Below, in pieces: positions 1 through 64,000 of a DNA stretch of 64,000 nt. The notes under the pieces were generated by a model that worked only from the letters and a program-made list of their open reading frames with translations, was not told where the DNA came from and searched no databases. Each line of letters starts with the position of its first letter. The first letter of the stretch is position 1. The position numbers and the translations under genes were made by a program. The DNA is from Chrysomallon squamiferum (taxonomy: Eukaryota > Animalia > Mollusca), in assembly GCA_012295275.1 (NCBI GenBank), contig CM022678.1, positions 20,026,001-20,090,000 on the forward strand. The letters run 5' to 3'.

Positions 1-1599
1 ATTAGACATTCATCCTTCCTTTCTTTCTTTCATTGGCAATAAAGTATTAGACATTCTTCCTTCCTTCCTTTCTTTCATTGGCAGTAAAATATTACACATT
101 CCTCCTTCTTTTCTTTCTTCCTTCCTTCCTTCCTTCAAGTGAAGAAATTTTGATGAGGTTTTGCTAAATCTCTGCACTGCTAGTAGATGTGTTATATACA
201 AGATGTTATTCGAGACTGCTTGGAACAAATGCTTTGACAGCATGAGTTATGACTGAAAGGGTAAAAAGATTTAAAAAGAAAAAAAAAGAAAGAAATTCCT
301 GCTTAAAATATTTATGCAGCATCAGTTTTTTTTATGCCTCTGACATTGGCACAGTGCCTTCATTGTGCACTTGTTAAAACCAGTGGCTGTGGTGGTTGTG
401 GTTGTGTTTCAGATGAATGCAAGTCACTGGGGTTGAAGCGGTAGAGGTCATTTTGAATTTCAAATGTGTGCGCACTGGAATGTTGTTTAATGATAATCTA
501 GACAGTCATGTGGGTTTAATGTTTAGGTGCGATAAAAAAACACAAAAAAACAACACGTTTGTTTAATAACTAGAACATTTAATATATTTAGATTTAATAT
601 CTGGACTTCCAGTATTTTTATATTTAATATGTTTAAATTCGATATATGAACATTTAATATCTTTAACTTTAATACCAGAACATTAATATTTTTATATTTA
701 ATCATATTGAATATCTGAGCATTTAATGTCTTTATCTTTAATTAAATTGTATTGTCTTATATATGAGGGCAGATGTTCCTACACTAGTAAAATTCAAAAG
801 TAAAAAAATAATCTATTGTAATTACTTTTCATTAGTTTGAATCTAATTTGTGATACTGAGCAAATCTTATAAAAAAGATTCTACCATAAGCTGTTAAAAA
901 AAGATGCAACAAAAAAAGAAAAGAAAGAGATACAAAAAATAAAAAATAAAGTGTTTCTTTCTCTCTTCTGATATTTTATTTATTTTATCAATTTATTATT
1001 ATTATTTTTTTTTTACTTTCTAATGACAGTACAGCTTTAGAACATTTTGTATATCTATCATCAACCAGTAATTTTTTTGTTTTGTTTTTTAATAGCTCTG
1101 TATAAACATAATAAATATGACTGAAGTTTTGTTTTAAAAAGAAATTAAATGCATTACACGCATCTATTAAGATTTTGTTTCAAAAATAACTGCAGAACAT
1201 ATCTATCCCTGCATGAAATTTGTTATTATTCTTATTTTCATTGCCAGTGGGTACAAAAATATTTTTCCTATCTCGCCTACCTAAGATTTTCTTCCAGACA
1301 CAACCCCAGAACCTTACAGATATCTCTCTCTAACTGTGATTCGCACTTTTTCAGAGTTACTCAGTGCACTAGGTAATAGATTTATCAATGCTCTATCTTA
1401 TCTGTGTATTTCTCTGGTACATGTACGATAACAGTTATATCTACTGTGTGTGTAAATATAGCTCCCAGATCAAGGGATTGAAATTCTCCGTATAACAGAT
1501 ACCACATCATTACTGAGGGCTGCGGTAGCTGTTGTTGCCACTGCAGATGTTTGTTTAGAGTTTAGCTGAGGACGTTTGCTGTTTGTTTATTATAAACTC

Positions 1600-2182
1600 T
1601 AATTATGTTGGTGTTGTCACATTAAAGCATTGATGTTTTGATTTAACTGATATTTATTTAAAGCATTGTTTTAATCCAGTGGACGTTTGCTGTTTGTTTT
1701 TTATAAATGAAATAACTAATTTATGTTGGTGTTGTCACATTAAAGCATTGTTTTTAATCCAGTGTAGATCATGAAATAACTGATATTTTTATTGTTTTTA
1801 GTGTGATTGTCACATGTTGTCACATTAAAGCATTGTTTTAATCCAGTGTAGATCATGAAATAACTGATATTTATGTTAGTGTTGTCACATTAAAGCATTG
1901 TTTTAATCCAGTGTAGATCATGAAATAACTGATATTTATGTTGGTGTTGTCACATTAAAGCATTGTTTTAATACAGTGTAGATCATGAAATAACTGATAT
2001 TTATGTTGTTGTTGTCACATTATACATTGTTTTAATACAGTGTAGATCATGAAATAACTGATATTTATCTTAGTGTTGTCACATTAAAGCATTGTTTTAA
2101 TACAGTGTAGATCATGAAATAACTGATATTTATGTTAGTGTTGTCACATTAAAGCATTGTTTTAATTGTGTAGATCATGAAA
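1600..2182. repeat. 65-bp minisatellite, about 8 copies (first copies garbled)
   Basis: gttgtcacattaaagcattgttttaat(c/a)cagtgtagatcatgaaataactgatatttatgtt(a/g)gt recurs at 1816, 1881, 1946, 2011, 2075 and 2140. Confidence 0.92.
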
Positions 2183-2184
2183 TA

Positions 2185-2350
2185 CATGGTATTGCGTCTG
2201 TTTGAACAGTGATAAAGGCAGTGAGAGAAGAAACCTGCAGGCTTTTCTTTTACAGTTAGCAGCAAGAAATCTTTTTTTTATGTTCCTTCTCACAGACAGT
2301 AAAACAAATTTAGATATAAACCATTGGTGAGACTGTCAGGAATGGGAAAA
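2185..2350 (-). mobile_element. Degenerate SINE fragment (molluscan MetaSINE/MESC-like core)
   Basis: gagagaagaaacctgc...ttagcagcaagaaatctttt...cacagacag resembles the reverse complement of the core I recall (CTGTCTGTGGGA..ATAAAAGATCCCTTGCTGCTAATCGAAAAGAGTAG..GGTTTCCTCTC). Family name is from memory. Confidence 0.5.
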
Positions 2351-2729
2351 AAGAGCTCTTAATTTTGTTAATACATTCAGTCTGTTTCCATTATGATCTT
2401 TTCAGTGATCCCCATCCCATCATTGCTAAAAAAAGTACAAGTATATTTAAATATCTTTTTCTTTTTACTTTGTTTAAATCAAATAAATAAACAAATAAAT
2501 AAAGTAATAATAAAAACAAGTCAGATTATTTTGACTTGTATTGAATATGTTAAGAAATAAATTTGTTGCAAAACACACACTCAATGTCCTGTTGTAAATA
2601 TTCAGTTAACCAACCATGACAGTATCTGTATTATGAGGTATTATTATGAATATGAAGTGAAATATTTATTATTTCATAGTACATAATAACTAATATAAAC
2701 ATATGCACATCATTCACACACATGCACAT

Positions 2730-3842
<1,113 letters not shown>

Positions 3843-4040
3843 TTTATCTTTATTTTCAGATTGTATCTTCATCCATTGAGCTTGGCTCTATTATTTTTTT
3901 AAACTTTGAAATTTTGAAATATATGAATTATCATAAAACTAATATATAAAGCAGGTTTTGGTTTGAAAAAAAAAAAATGTTCCTTGCATTTATTTATTTA
4001 GAAGTAGTTTATTTAATGTTTGTATTTTGTTTATTTTCAG

Positions 4041-43330
<39,290 letters not shown>

Positions 43331-44864
43331 CGCGATTTACTTTTTTTCAGCCCCTTGTGGATTTTTTATCCGGTTTTTTTTTTTTGCCTGTCTGCATTTT
43401 TTTTTTAAAAACAAAACTTTTAAAATAATTATTGTTGTTATTTTTTATTATAATTATTATTATTGTTGTTATTATTATTATTATTTTTTTTTTTTAAATT
43501 ATTCATTGAGTTTGGTTGTTATTCATTGTTAAACATCTCAAAATAAGCATATTTTTGTGGGGTTTTTTTTTTTTAACTCTTTATCTTGGTTTTTTTGTTT
43601 TTTATCACTGGTTAAAAAGGTTAATAAGCATTTTAACTCTTTCTGTGCTGTGTGTACATTTACACAGATGATGTGTTAACAAGCATTTTATCTATTTTTC
43701 TTCTTTTTAATACATCTACAGTTATAAAACATCAACAAACATTTTTAACTGTTTCAGTCTGTTTTTATGGTCAGGAGTAAGACTGTTTTTCATAAACATT
43801 AAGTCTTTCTCATTTCTAAATATATTTAAGTGGTTGAGAAAATGTTAATAATGTTTTATCTATTTCTTTTTCATTATAAAAAACTATGAATTATGTCTTG
43901 TAACTTGAAAAGTGTTAAAAGGAACGTTGATCTATTTTTTTTTTTAATTTTAAAGTAAATATGAGTTCTTCATGATGGAAAATAGTTAATAAGAAAAATA
44001 AGTCTTTCTTACCTGTAAGCACATTTCTGTGGCTCAGAAAGGGTTAAAATGAATTCTTTTTGTTTTATCTCTTCTTCACTCTTATACACATTTTTAATTT
44101 GTATTCACTTTGATCCATAAAGGTTGCAAATAGTAATATAATATTATGTTGAAAATTGTTAAACATTTTAAAGCCATTTTTATGAATTGTGAAGTGTTTC
44201 AGAAAATAATTTTTATTCAATTGCGTTGTTTTAATACTAATAAATTTAAAAAAAAAAACAATATATATATATATATATACTTATAACAGTTGTTTTTAGA
44301 AAAGTGTCATTTTAATTTTTAATATTTGAAACTGATAATACTTTTAATTTTATTTTTAATTTTTTTTTGTTTTAAATCATTGTTAACGTAATTTAAACAA
44401 ATTTATTTATATTGCCCCATCCATCAACTTTATCTATATTTAAAAAGTTGTTAGCACTTTAATTATCACTGTTGTTGTTTCTCCAGCCATGTGCTTTGTT
44501 TTGAGATATTTTAATATTTGACTCACCCAAAGGATTTGAATGCGAAGTTAAAAAAAGAAGAAATTACAAAAAATCCCAATTGTTGTTTTATCTGTTCAAG
44601 TGATAAGTTAGACAGAACAAAAGTAGAATTTTTAAGTGGAAGATGTAACTGTTACAACAACATGTAGCTTTTAAAAAAAAAAAGAAAATCATTTATTGAA
44701 ATTTATATACTTATAATATGTGTATGTACATCATCTTTTTTATAATACGTGTTTGATTATAGGACGGTTCGATATACTTCAGTATTTTTTTATAAGATTT
44801 AAATTTTGTCTGGAACCTTGTGTACTTATTTACCTGCAGCTTAAATGGCAAGCAAATTTTTGTA

Positions 44865-44953
<89 letters not shown>

Positions 44954-45413
44954 TAGTGAAGATGTCAGAGGATGAGAGAAAGAAAGACAAGAAAAAATGG
45001 AATGAGTAATGGATAAATAAGGAGAAGGAGAAATAAATAGATATTAAAAGAGAAAAATGTTACTTTTTTTTCAACTTATGAAAATACTGAAAATACCGAA
45101 CCTTCTTTGTTTCTGTAATTATTAATACCCTAAATCTCACCTTACATGTACTTAATTACCTTTTAATTACAAATTATATACCTGTATACAAATTATATTT
45201 ATTTAAAAGAGCGAAAACAAATACCAAATCTTTCTATTTATTCTGCTTTCAGTATTTGGAATGCTTGAAATAAATGTAGCCCAGATGATCTAGCTGTGTG
45301 AACATTTGGAAATATAAATTTTATTTTTTATTTTTTGTTTTTTTAAATGTGTGAATTGGAGCAAAATATTATTTATTGTAGTAGAAATCTATAAGCTGTG
45401 AATTGTTTTTATA

Positions 45414-45451
<38 letters not shown>

Positions 45452-45569
45452 CATTAATTACTAATTAATTTTGATTATTATTAATTTATTACTCATATTT
45501 TGATTATTAAAATCTTAATGTTATATATTATATTCTTTATTATTTATTTTTTATTTATTTATTTATTTA

Positions 45570-45604
<35 letters not shown>

Positions 45605-46712
45605 TTCTTTATTATTATTATTATTATTATTATTATTGTTAATCTGTTTAAACATAATACGTTTAGACCTTTTTTTTTTTTTTGAATTACGTATCTTAGA
45701 AGTTCATTTGAAATGGCTATAATATATTCATAATTTCCCACCAAATTTTAAACATTATACCAAATACTGTATACTTTATAATGTAAAATAAAATTTACGT
45801 TTTTATAATATTCAGATACTTAGAATTGTTATTATTTATGAAAGTGTTAACTGTTGAAATGAAAAATTAATTACTGACACCCCATGACAATGAGAAATTC
45901 CTAAACTGTTCACAGGATTATGTCTCAGAGTTTTCAGAGAAACAGACTTTTTAACACAAGCATTAATGTTAATTTTGTTTGGAAGGTTTAAATAGAATTT
46001 TTAACTGAAGCATTAGTACTAATTTTTAACGATGAATCAAAAAAAATTTTTTAATCTTTGCGTTTAGTGTTGGTAAATTTAAAACGTGATGTTTTTTTTA
46101 AATGAAAATATATGAGATATTTTATTTTGATTTTATGAATTATAAAATTTAATCAAACTTTGTCTCATGTTAATAGTTTTACCTTTTAATGTAATTTTTA
46201 AGACTTTTTTAATTAAATTTTTAAACATTTTCTATGCATTTTCTATTTTTATATAATATACCTTTTTAATCTGATTTTTTAAAATATTTGTTTTATTTTC
46301 TTTTATTTATGTATTTATTTATTATTATTGTTTTCAATGTTTTTGGCATAATTCTGTTTAATTTGTCCACTGTTCAAAAACAAATATATATCATTTTGAT
46401 TTCTTTTAACATTTTGTATTAGGAAACATTTTAGATTTTTAACTATTCTATGAAAGACACAATATCTTGAATGTATAATGCATGGAATGAAACTGAAATT
46501 AAGTGATACAAATAATAAAGGGAAAAAAAAAAAAAAAATGACTGTGGCAAACACAAGCCTGTTAATAGCATTTTTCAGTTTTAATGTTTAAATTCTTTTC
46601 TTTTTATCCCATTCTAGAAAATATGATTGCTTATATTAATATCAAACACTATTCAGAAAAAAAAGAGAAAAATAAAATAAGCATAGAAAATAAAAAATAA
46701 ATAAAAACAAAA

Positions 46713-46746
<34 letters not shown>

Positions 46747-47235
46747 AAAAAAATAAAATAAAATAAAATAAAATAAAATAAAATAAAAATAAAATAATAA
46801 TAATAATAATAGTTAGTAAGTAGGTATGTAAATAAAAACATATAAAAAAGAATACTTCAGCTTGGTGCATCTATAAAATTTCTATGCAATCTTAAACTGT
46901 AAAATAATAACTGAAAGAAACAGAGTAGATGCATAACTGATATACTTAATATAACAAACTGAAAAATATGCGTTTTTGACATTGTTGATTACTTTAGACA
47001 ACTTTTTCATCAGAATGTCTCTTCCTAATGTCTCCATTTTAAAAAAATACTTTCAAAAACAGCTTATTAATGTCATTTAAAAAATAGAAATAAATAAATA
47101 AATAATGTCATTTTAAAAAAACCTAATTAATAAATAAATGTTGACAGTTGTAATGTTTAATTAATTTGACAAGTCCTAATTCTGCAGTTTAATGTTTCAA
47201 TTAATTTATTATTATATATTTTTCTTTTTTTCTTC

Positions 47236-47275
<40 letters not shown>

Positions 47276-49385
47276 TTAATAGTGCTTTGAATATGTTACT
47301 TGTTTTGTTAATGTTGGTTGTACATGTTGTATTCTTGTTTCCCAAAGTCATAATACATTGCAGTCATTGTTAATGGGAAATAACTCCTGTAAAACTAGAG
47401 GAAAATGTAGTTACCTTTGTTTTATGAAATCGATTGAAATTCATTTTAACTTCTGTCATAATGTGAATACAAAGATTTCATTTTCTTTCTTTCTTGTTTA
47501 TATATATATATATATATAATTTTTTTCATCATTATTATTTTAGGTATTTTTTATTTTTCAAAATTATTAACAAATTTATTAACATTCACAAAAATTTATC
47601 ATTAACTTTTCTATTTAAAAATTAAATTTGATAATAAATTTAATAACGATATTGATTATATTTGTTCTAGTTTTTTGTAGTACTCAACTGTGTAAAATTT
47701 TATTTTTTTATTTATTAAATTTTTTATTTTTTAATTTTAATAAATTTGTATGTGCTGAATTATCTGTTATTTATTAGTAGAATCAAAATATCTGTCACAT
47801 GATCAATTTTTTTATCTTTGATATATGGAACACCAGTATTTTGTCAAAAAAAGATGAATTATTTTTTTTTTTTTTCAAATAATGTACTTAAAATTAGAAA
47901 TATTAATAGATAAATATGACAGATGATTTTTATTACAAATCATTTAAAATATGTTTGTTTTATATATATATATATATATTTAATTACATTATTATTATTA
48001 TTATTATCAGTAATTAAAAATTAAAAAAATAATGCGTTATTTTAAAAACAGTGACTATGACCATCTATTTTATTCAGAAAACTGGAAAAAGTTCTTAAAA
48101 TTTACTTTCCTCTTTGTCCATTTAATTAAATTAATACAAATTGCTTTCTTTCAAAAATAAATAGATAAAAATTCAAATAAACTGATCTTGAAGTGACCTT
48201 GTAATATAATTAACAAATGTTTTCATTTATATAAAATGTAATATTTAATAATAATATAAACATTATCACTTAAATATGTTTTGAAATATAGATTTAATAT
48301 ATCAGTATATAATATATATCTATAATTCATTTAATATATTTCAGTAATATATTTGGAAAATGCTTACTAATATCTAAGTATAAAATTTCTGTCAATAATT
48401 AATTCTTACTGTCTATTTGGTATTCCCGAAATATCTTTAATTTATATCTAGCAAGAAATTTTTTTATTTTTTTTTTTTTTTATATATTTAAATTCATGAA
48501 TTCCTTAATTCAGGAAATAACTGAAAAACTGCCATGACCTGAAACAAAACACTAAATAAATAAAAGTGCCAAATAACAGTTGATACATGCCAATGATCGT
48601 CTGCTAAATTAATCAAAATAAATAAACAGAAAACCTGCAGTGACCTCCATTTTTTTTAAATAGTAAATTTTTTATTCACTTAACATAAGATTTATTAACT
48701 TTGTACCTAAATTATTTTACTCTTGTTAATACAGTTGTTGAAAATAAGTTGATAATTTGAGTGAAATATGGTTGTGGTTATTTGTTAACATTAAAATAAA
48801 CTGAAAAAAATTATACTGATACCAGAAAAGGCTGGAAAATAAAATTTATTAAAAATTGTTAAAACGTTTTCTCTGATTTAAAACTAAAAATTTATATATA
48901 CAAGTATAACATAAATATTAAAAAAAACATTAAAAAAAATCTAATAATTATTTTTTTCTTTTCATTTTTAGATTTAAGTTTTTTTTTTTTTTTTATGGTG
49001 TAAATTTAAGTTATTAAGTTGTATATAAACTGAAAGTGACCTTAACTTTTTCACTGCATAGACTTGTGTAGGTACATTTTACATTCATTGTTGTAAAAGT
49101 TAAATGTGTTTTATTTACTTTGTTTATTATGAAGGTGTTATATATTTTAATTTATTAGGTTTTAATGAATGTTTTTTTTTTAGTTTATTTATTTATTTAT
49201 TTTTTTTTTTTTCTCTCTATTTGGATATCTGTAATAATGGAAATTTAGATTTTTAATATTAATAATTATTAAATAATAATGATGATAATAATAATAGTAA
49301 TAATAAAGTAAAAATAAATAAACTTTCATTTTTTTAACAAGTTTTGGAACAACATTTGAAAATTTAAAAACTTTAAATTAAATAG

Positions 49386-49438
<53 letters not shown>

Positions 49439-50052
49439 GTCTAAAATAACAATGTCAAAAAAAAATGAGAAAAAAAAATGATTTGGTAGAAAATCGTACA
49501 TGATCAAAACATTGTTTATACTCATTTACACATAAATATAGCTTGTTGACAAAATAATTATTTTGTGAAATTACTTAATGTCAATAACTAAGAAATGTAT
49601 TTTTTCGTGTTTTTTGATAGCTGATGAAAGTATTATGTTAAATCTTGTGTCACACAATAGAAAAGAATTTCTTGTGTTTTGTGTTCATGGCTGTCTTGTA
49701 CTTTTGAACAAACTGAATTAAGCATCATGTTTGTATTTATTAACACTCTAGCTTATTTGTTATCTTACAAAAACAAATACTACAAATATTACATTATGCA
49801 CATACTTCATTTTAATATTTCTGACATCACTTTTGGATAAAAAAAAACACAAAAATAATTGTTTTTATATCTTCTCTGAATGTTACCATTGAAGTGTTTT
49901 GGCAGTTGGTGTGGTGCTGTGTGTCAAATGAAACGGAGCGTGTGATTGGTAAATGGATGTCACCATGTGACGGTGAACGTGCAGTGTGATTGGTTATGTG
50001 GCGTCTGCTTCATCACAAGTCACAAGAAACTATAGCATAACTAAGTTTTTGT

Positions 50053-50086
<34 letters not shown>

Positions 50087-50163
50087 GTGGAATAATAATT
50101 TATTATATTTCACAGATGTATTTTAAATTGTAGTGCATTATAGTGTGTTGTACATATGTCATT

Positions 50164-50260
50164 AATAAACCTGTTATCTGCCACATGTACGAATTATACG
50201 TTTGTACATGCTTCAAATAAATGTATTATTTTAAATCATGTTTCTCGTGTTGTTTGTTTC
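50164..50260 (+). terminator. Candidate EXT1 polyadenylation region
   Basis: AATAAA at 50164-50169 and 50216-50221, followed by a GU-rich tract (tgtttctcgtgttgtttgtttc). Many other AATAAA hexamers occur in this AT-rich DNA, so the call is tentative. Confidence 0.3.
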
Positions 50261-50898
50261 ACGGTCCAGACTCAAAATGATGTTCAGTTCATGAAAAAAT
50301 GGACCTATTTTAGGTTCATGTCTGAATGAAGTGTAAGTGAAAGATGAAAAAAAACCTATTACAATTTTTCTCTCACTAGTCCTTCATTAACATGTCCAAC
50401 AGCTTCAGTGGCTCGACACACTTAGTTGAATCTCATGTCTTTAATCTTGGATGAACTGAGTCTTAATTTTTCTACCAAATTACAATTATTTATGTTGCAA
50501 GTTTGGCAATGAATAGGGTGAGGGGGTGACCTGGATGTACTTATTTTTGTGTTTTCTGTTTTTCATTTTCAATTCCCATCAGTCTAAGTTTGCCAGGTTA
50601 AAGCAAAGGTTTAGTCTTGTGTTGTTGGGTGGGGCCATGCAGACTCTTTGTAATTGCTGCTTGTGTGGGTAGGATTTTGTTATCTCTGTGCTGTTAGGGT
50701 GGGACAGGGGAGGAGGGTGTGTTTGGTGGGTGTGTTTGTGTTTATGTGAGAATTCTGGGTTATATAATTTGTACGTGGATGAAATATGTAATTTTGTTTG
50801 ATATTGGTTGAGAGCACTTATGGGGGTCATTTGGTATTTTCAAAAAGGTCCAAATTTAAAAAAAAAAAAAAATGACTACATTTAAAAAAATATATAAT

Positions 50899-50923
50899 TT
50901 TATTCAGTAATACACATTTTATT
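50899..50923 (-). terminator. Candidate TUBE1 polyadenylation signals
   Basis: Two minus-strand AATAAA (50899-50904, 50918-50923) about 670 nt past the stop, with a U-rich tract downstream (A-run at about 50858-50872 on +). Confidence 0.4.
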
Positions 50924-51154
50924 TGTAATTTGTGGCATTATACAAAAGTAACAAAAATAAAACAGCTTTAAGAATGGAATGACTGAATCAAATAGGTTTA
51001 GGATTTTTTAAATACAGATGATGAAGTGATTATTAAAAATATTTTTGCTATGAGAAGTAAACTTAAATTTGATATTATATTTAATACTGTGGATTACAAA
51101 ACAATTTAGATATTTAATCTGTCATCAAAATACTCATTCTTGCACACTACCCAG

Positions 51155-51585
51155 CAGTTAATCTATAATCTGCTGAATTATCTACACAACAATCTAATCC
51201 AGTGACTTGTTGTTTAATTGTATTTGATCTGTTATTAATTTAAATTTAATCTGGGGCTTATTCCATTTACTTAACTAATCTGCTAAATCTGTCACATGAC
51301 TATGCTGAAAGAATTATCAGATCAACACATCAGTATAATCCTGGAGTTAATCCGTCCCATCCTGTATTCAATGGATTATCACAGAGTTAATCCGTCACAT
51401 CCTGTATTCAATGGATTATCACAGAGTTAATCTGTCACATGATTTACACATGAGCAGATTATCAAAAAATCATGTCTCATGGTGTTGCTGACTAAATAAT
51501 CCAGCTGTTAATCCGTAACATCACTAAGTTCAGTGGATTATCTTAGAATTAATCTCTAATGTGACTGTATTCAGTGGCTTGTCCT
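51155..51585. repeat. 40-bp tandem repeat in the TUBE1 3' UTR (two near-identical copies plus degenerate ones)
   Basis: gagttaatccgtc(c/a)catcctgtattcaatggattatcaca at 51344 and 51384, with decayed copies on both sides. Confidence 0.8.
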
Positions 51586-51586
51586 G

Positions 51587-63568
<11,982 letters not shown>

Positions 63569-63904
63569 CTTAAAATAATAATTTTATTGATATAATGTTT
63601 CATAACTGGCGTAATTTCTATCATTTGATGTTATATCCATAATTATGTCACAACGTGTTTTCAGCGGATGTTGACATATTAAGAGTAACTAGCACGATAG
63701 AGTTGTCTTCCCTTCGGCTCTGGTTATTAATACGAAACCGTAGTAAAAGAAAAGAAACAAAGAACAAGAATACTTGTTTTACGTTCCTCACAAACACACA
63801 AATAAACGAACACACACACACACATATACAGATACATATATGCTCACACATAATTTGCACATATATCTGACCCTATAAATATATCATATTTATTTATTTC
63901 ATTA

Positions 63905-63953
63905 CGTTTCCGGATTGACATGAATATATTACGTCAATAATGTAATGACGTCA
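63905..63953. promoter_or_regulatory. CpG-containing promoter-proximal motif cluster (ETS, CRE)
   Basis: TTCCGG at 63908-63913, TTACGTCA at 63929-63936 and a perfect CRE palindrome TGACGTCA at 63946-63953, next to the putative first exon. Confidence 0.4.
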
Positions 63954-63958
63954 CTCAC

Positions 63959-64000
63959 CGTGTATCACTGCTGGGGAAAGGTTGAAAATAAGGCAGTGTG
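63959..64000 (-). other. TUBE1: Probable non-coding 5' exon of TUBE1 (continues beyond the window)
   Basis: Minus strand has a perfect donor ACG|GTGAGT at 63959/63958. The TUBE1 ATG is directly preceded by a pyrimidine tract + AG, which implies an upstream UTR exon. Confidence 0.6.

Overview
This is AT-rich, microsatellite-dense eukaryotic DNA with GT-AG introns. It is probably from a mollusc (gastropod), judged only from degenerate copies of a SINE that I recall as MetaSINE/MESC-like. Three protein-coding genes are visible. (1) The 3' part of exostosin-1 (EXT1/tout-velu) lies on + from 4041 to 43330, with its large first exon upstream of the window. Seven intact exons were traced. The exon that should carry the GT64 DxD motif is present only as a degenerate, stop-containing remnant at about 35901-35980, which is either an assembly error or real decay. 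(2) A complete epsilon-tubulin (TUBE1) lies on -, with 12 coding exons from 63568 to 51587 (1455 nt, 484 aa) and a probable non-coding first exon at >=63959. It converges tail-to-tail with EXT1. (3) An intronless 453-aa RING + 6xNHL E3-ligase gene lies on + (56728-58089), nested antisense in the TUBE1 intron that splits the GGGTGSG motif. It is TRIM2/3-like but lacks B-boxes, coiled coil and filamin. In their place is a Pro-rich linker carrying PxxxPR, LYPxL and PPxY motifs, an ESCRT late-domain-like cassette. This is the best candidate for something undescribed. The introns hold many minisatellites, SINE remnants, a long hairpin and a duplicated splice acceptor that could create a 12-nt microexon. 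All family calls come from recognising the sequence by eye; no searches were run.
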